NCBI GenBank assembly: GCA_963674825.1 | Contig: OY771587.1 | Coordinates: forward strand, 1,344,001 to 1,408,000 | DNA length: 64,000 bases | Source: Candidatus Cloacimonadales bacterium | GTDB taxonomy: Bacteria > Cloacimonadota > Cloacimonadia > Cloacimonadales > JAIOQZ01 | Reading direction: 5' to 3' | Shown here: positions 60,499 through 64,000 of the stretch, piece by piece | Numbering within the stretch: position 1 is the first letter of the stretch | How the letters are laid out: every line of letters starts with the position of its first letter | Notes under the pieces: generated by a model | Seen by the model: only the letters and a program-made list of their open reading frames with translations | What the model was told of the DNA's origin: nothing | Database searches by the model: none | Made by a program: the position numbers and the translations under genes

Positions 60499-60561
60499 TC
60501 ACAATGAGTCATTGTGACTATGAGATAACTTCTATTAGAGGAATGCGCGCCCAGGTTTTAT

Positions 60562-61836
60562 ATGAATCAAAAGAATAATTTTAAAAACCCTTTCATCTGG
60601 TTGATTATTGCATCTGTCGCAATCAACCTAATTGTCTCTGTTATAAAGGTAATGCAGTGTGAAGACCCCATCCTGCCTGCACCTGATTCGCTCCTGTATT
60701 ATGAGCTTGGGAGTCGTATGACTGAAGGCGGAGGCGTTGTCATGCTCAATGTCGATCCAGACAACCCCAAACCTTCTGCTTACATCATGCCGGGGTATCC
60801 CTTTGCGATCAGCCTTTTCATGCGCGTACTTGGCACACGTCCAGGAGCTTGGGTTTTCTTGATCTTTCAGAAGCTCCTCGCGATGCTGTCGGTGTATCTC
60901 GTTTATCTGATCGGTAAAATGCTGTTCAATCGCCAGATTGGATTTATTGCGTCTATTCTGGCGCTACTTGATCCGGGGTATATCATTTATTCGAACCAAA
61001 TACTCACTGAAAGCCCTATCATCACGCTCACGATCGCGTTCCTGTACCTTGCGACACTTGTTTACACTGGGCGAGAACGACGTTGGTTCATATACATCTT
61101 ACTTGGTTTGAATGGGACAGCAATGCTCTATATCAGGCCTGAATTTGTGATGATATCACTCTTCATATTTCCGCTGCATTTCATTATCAAAAAAGATCCA
61201 CGCATTCTGGTATCCCTGGCAATCCTCTGCTTCCTCTGGTCTTTTTGGGTCATTCGCAACTACAGACAATTCCATCGTTTCATACCACTTACATCTGTCA
61301 GCCAGGTAAATCGCCTCGGTGGCTACTTCCCGGAAGTTAAAAGCTACCTGCGAAACAGCGAACCCGTTCACGACATGCGCAAGCTCGGCTTCTCCGATTC
61401 TCTCGCCACATGGTATCATGTTTATGACAAATATGGCGAGGCTGGCGCAGAGGAATTTTATGAAAGACATTTCCGGGAAAGCCTCAAAAAGCATTCGTTC
61501 CGTGACTTGTTTCAGATTGTCATCTATAAGCTCGAAATGGGATTTGGGCTGGCCTTGCGCTATTTCTCCACCGATTTCTCGGTGCGCATTCTCTTCTTCC
61601 AATTTCTGTTCATCTTCGCGGTAATCGGCCTATATGTGTCTGTTCGGTTGAAAATACCCATTTTGCCGATTCTCGCTCCGGTATGGCTCTGGCTTATCCA
61701 GACATTGACCGTCTATTTCCCGGTACAACGGTACAGAACTCGAGTGATGGATATCTCGGTTATCCTTCTTGGTGCGGTGGGAATTTATTACCTGAACCGA
61801 ATCCGCATCGTAATCGACACAAAAAAACGCAAATAG
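60562..61836 (+). CDS. GT-C membrane glycosyltransferase (ArnT/PMT-like)
   Basis: PDS..YY after TM1, MPGYP, ILTES, IRP, W.IRNY, multiple TM helices, RYR near the C-terminus. Confidence 0.8.
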   Translation: MNQKNNFKNPFIWLIIASVAINLIVSVIKVMQCEDPILPAPDSLLYYELGSRMTEGGGVVMLNVDPDNPKPSAYIMPGYPFAISLFMRVLGTRPGAWVFLIFQKLLAMLSVYLVYLIGKMLFNRQIGFIASILALLDPGYIIYSNQILTESPIITLTIAFLYLATLVYTGRERRWFIYILLGLNGTAMLYIRPEFVMISLFIFPLHFIIKKDPRILVSLAILCFLWSFWVIRNYRQFHRFIPLTSVSQVNRLGGYFPEVKSYLRNSEPVHDMRKLGFSDSLATWYHVYDKYGEAGAEEFYERHFRESLKKHSFRDLFQIVIYKLEMGFGLALRYFSTDFSVRILFFQFLFIFAVIGLYVSVRLKIPILPILAPVWLWLIQTLTVYFPVQRYRTRVMDISVILLGAVGIYYLNRIRIVIDTKKRK

Positions 61837-61845
61837 CTGATATCT

Positions 61846-63402
61846 CTACGTCACTGTAACCATCGGTGTATCTTGAACATAATCCTCAAAATCGATATTG
61901 TCAATTGTACAGTATTTATCCAGCAGTACCTTGATATGCGAAATGGAATCCTCAATTTTATTGAAGTGTTCCACCTGCTTTGGCGTCGGCTCATCGATAC
62001 TCATCATTAATAACTCCGCGCTTCCGCGCGCTACCATCAACGGCTGATTGATCTGATGGTTTGCCGTGACCGCCATTGCCAGCGCTGTGACCTTTCTCTC
62101 CGAATCTCTGAGGTCGTTCTGTGCTGAGACCAGTGCGATGTTCACTTTCCTAAGGTCAGCATTTATCTTCGCCAAAGCTTCATTCTTCTGCCGCTCCAGC
62201 TCAGCTTCGCGTTTCTTTCTTTCGATGGAGTAGATTACTTCGAGTTCTTTCGCACGCTTATCCAAAGCTTCCGTTGCGGTTTCTTCTTTCATTTGATTAT
62301 ATAGCTTATACTTTTCACAGGCCTTCTCGAAATCTTCCATCTTCTCGTAGATCTCAGCTTGAAGTCCAACGCACTGCATAATGTATTTCTTTCTGCCAAT
62401 CTTCTCCGATATCTCGAGCGCTTCATCGTGCATTTTCTGCGCCTCTTCGATATCGCCTTCGTCAATCTTCATCCTTGCAAGAGAACGAAGCTCCCGGGCA
62501 ATATAGTCAACGAGGTTGTTATCACGAGCTTTTTTCAGTGCGATATTTCTGTATTCCCATGCCTTTTCGAGATCTCCATCCCGGAGATAAATCTCCGCCA
62601 GATAGTCATAAGAAATCGTCAGATCGTAGCTATTCTCTGTCTCCAGCATGATCTTGATCGATTCTTCGAGATCTTCGATGCAGCCATCATTTCTTCCTGC
62701 GAGAAATTTAGTGATTCCAAGCTGTGAATAGATAAAGCCCCGGAAACGCTTCTCCCCTGTTTCATCCAGCAATTTCACTGCCCGTTGAAGATATTCGAGC
62801 GCTCTTTCAGGGTCATCTTCCTTGAGGTACGAGCCGATATTTCCGAGCGAGGAGATCATCCCAAGCTTATCATCGATCTCCTCACGAATACGTAACGACA
62901 TCAGATAATTTTCTACGCATTGATCGAACGCGCTGAGTTTGAGGTAGATATTGCCAGTATTATTATAACAAAACGCAAGACGAGGCTTGTCGCCAAGCTT
63001 GATAAAAGCATCCCGAATCTCGTGTTGCATATCCAGGGCTTCTGCATATTCGCCTTGCATGGTCTTTATTGCTGCGATGTTGCTCATGTTTGTGGCAACT
63101 TCTTCGAGCTTGTCGAGCTCTTGCGCGATCGTCAAAGATTGATTGTAGTAATCGACCGCCTCGTCAAACTTACCTTGCAAGTGGTAAGTAATCCCCATAC
63201 GATTCAAAAAACGCGATTCGAGGCCTCGTTCACCCATTTCGCGCGATAACGCAAGCCCTTCCAGGGCATAATCTCTCGCCTCGGATGGCTTCGCGCGGAA
63301 ACGTAAGTCGGTGATCTTGATCAGACATTCAAGCCTTTCGATACCTGTTAAATGCGGTAAACTGGCAAGCAGATGCTCAAAACTCGGTCTTTCTCCGTTC
63401 AT
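61846..63402 (-). CDS. TPR-array protein with coiled coil and HisKA-like phosphoacceptor domain, no ATPase domain
   Basis: About 8 TPRs; AMAVTANHQINQPL H-box; ends about 70 aa later. Confidence 0.8.
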   Translation of the reverse strand: MNGERPSFEHLLASLPHLTGIERLECLIKITDLRFRAKPSEARDYALEGLALSREMGERGLESRFLNRMGITYHLQGKFDEAVDYYNQSLTIAQELDKLEEVATNMSNIAAIKTMQGEYAEALDMQHEIRDAFIKLGDKPRLAFCYNNTGNIYLKLSAFDQCVENYLMSLRIREEIDDKLGMISSLGNIGSYLKEDDPERALEYLQRAVKLLDETGEKRFRGFIYSQLGITKFLAGRNDGCIEDLEESIKIMLETENSYDLTISYDYLAEIYLRDGDLEKAWEYRNIALKKARDNNLVDYIARELRSLARMKIDEGDIEEAQKMHDEALEISEKIGRKKYIMQCVGLQAEIYEKMEDFEKACEKYKLYNQMKEETATEALDKRAKELEVIYSIERKKREAELERQKNEALAKINADLRKVNIALVSAQNDLRDSERKVTALAMAVTANHQINQPLMVARGSAELLMMSIDEPTPKQVEHFNKIEDSISHIKVLLDKYCTIDNIDFEDYVQDTPMVTVT

Positions 63403-63405
63403 TTG

Positions 63406-63822
63406 CTACCTCGTTTTTCTAAGAGCCCAGTATTTTATCCCGATAAAATTGATGATAACTACGATTGGAACCACAAAAAACGCAAGCCAGAAGGGATCGA
63501 TATCGATAAGTTGATGAAGCAGCATAATGCCGCCCTGACCCACGAGAAGGCTTGTCAGATATACAACCACGTATTTCTTGAATCGCCTTCTGAACTCCAG
63601 CTTCTGTTCAGGCTTGAATACCCATAAGAAGTTGATGACATAGGTCATGATGACGCCGCAAAACCACGAAAGCGGGTACGCGACAAGATAGCTCATCGAC
63701 AGCGGCTTAAGAAGAATCCAGTACAACACGAATGTGAAGGCTGCATTCAATGCTCCAACAAGAACAAACTTCGTCAGATGCACGTAGAAATCGCGATCGA
63801 AAAACTTCTTCAGCCCGTTCAT
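63406..63822 (-). CDS. GtrA family flippase-like membrane protein
   Basis: KFVLVG..N, Y.IN..WVF, INF...KYW; 4 TM helices. Confidence 0.88.
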   Translation of the reverse strand: MNGLKKFFDRDFYVHLTKFVLVGALNAAFTFVLYWILLKPLSMSYLVAYPLSWFCGVIMTYVINFLWVFKPEQKLEFRRRFKKYVVVYLTSLLVGQGGIMLLHQLIDIDPFWLAFFVVPIVVIINFIGIKYWALRKTR

Positions 63823-64000
63823 TTTGCCTCGTGTTCGCGAATCCAGTTGAACGTCCGTTCCAGCCCGGTACGCAAGTCAACCGAGGGGCGCCACCCGGTC
63901 AGTTCCGTCATCTTCTCAATGCTGGCAAAGAAGCGCATCGGCTCATCATCGCGGTATGGCTTTGCGCCAAACTGTAGAAACTCTTCCGGCGCGTTGGTCA
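63819..64000 (-). CDS. C-terminus of an NAD-dependent epimerase/dehydratase (partial; runs off the right edge)
   Basis: Manual translation ...LQFGAKPYRDDEPMRFFASIEKMTELTGWRPSVDLRTGLERTFNWIREHEAK*; ATGA overlap with the GtrA gene. Confidence 0.8.
   Translation of the reverse strand, partial: TNAPEEFLQFGAKPYRDDEPMRFFASIEKMTELTGWRPSVDLRTGLERTFNWIREHEAK

Overview
Gene-dense bacterial chromosome segment. The repeated 'YPNPFNP...KKMxLLK' FlgD-Ig C-terminal domains, the acidic secreted proteins and the gene mix suggest an FCB-group anaerobe, most likely Candidatus Cloacimonadota (inference, not a database result). Housekeeping genes include the 5' part of gyrB, ftsB, mtnA, PPi-type pfk, ogt, tpx, ndk, gpsA, mscS, an MtaD-like amidohydrolase, truA and four tRNAs (Lys-UUU, 2x Glu-UUC, Glu-CUC). 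A cluster of secreted or surface proteins spans about 2-26 kb, and a cell-surface glycosylation cluster spans 56-64 kb. No integrase, transposase, reverse transcriptase, CRISPR array or rRNA was seen. Most interesting candidates: (1) a tightly coupled trio of a Cys-rich V4R-like protein, a twin-cyclase/STAND-ATPase/TPR protein and an AsnB-like ligase lacking the N-terminal Cys; (2) a second, FN3-like C-terminal domain shared by two unrelated secreted proteins, alongside the FlgD-type tail, hinting at two sorting or anchoring routes; (3) a 2,341-aa adhesin-like polyprotein with paired Arg sites after each inserted domain; (4) DNA-level regulatory patterns, namely twin TetR-like operators 157 bp apart and a 32-bp tandem palindromic repeat upstream of an AAA-nuclease gene. 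All family assignments come from motif recognition by eye.
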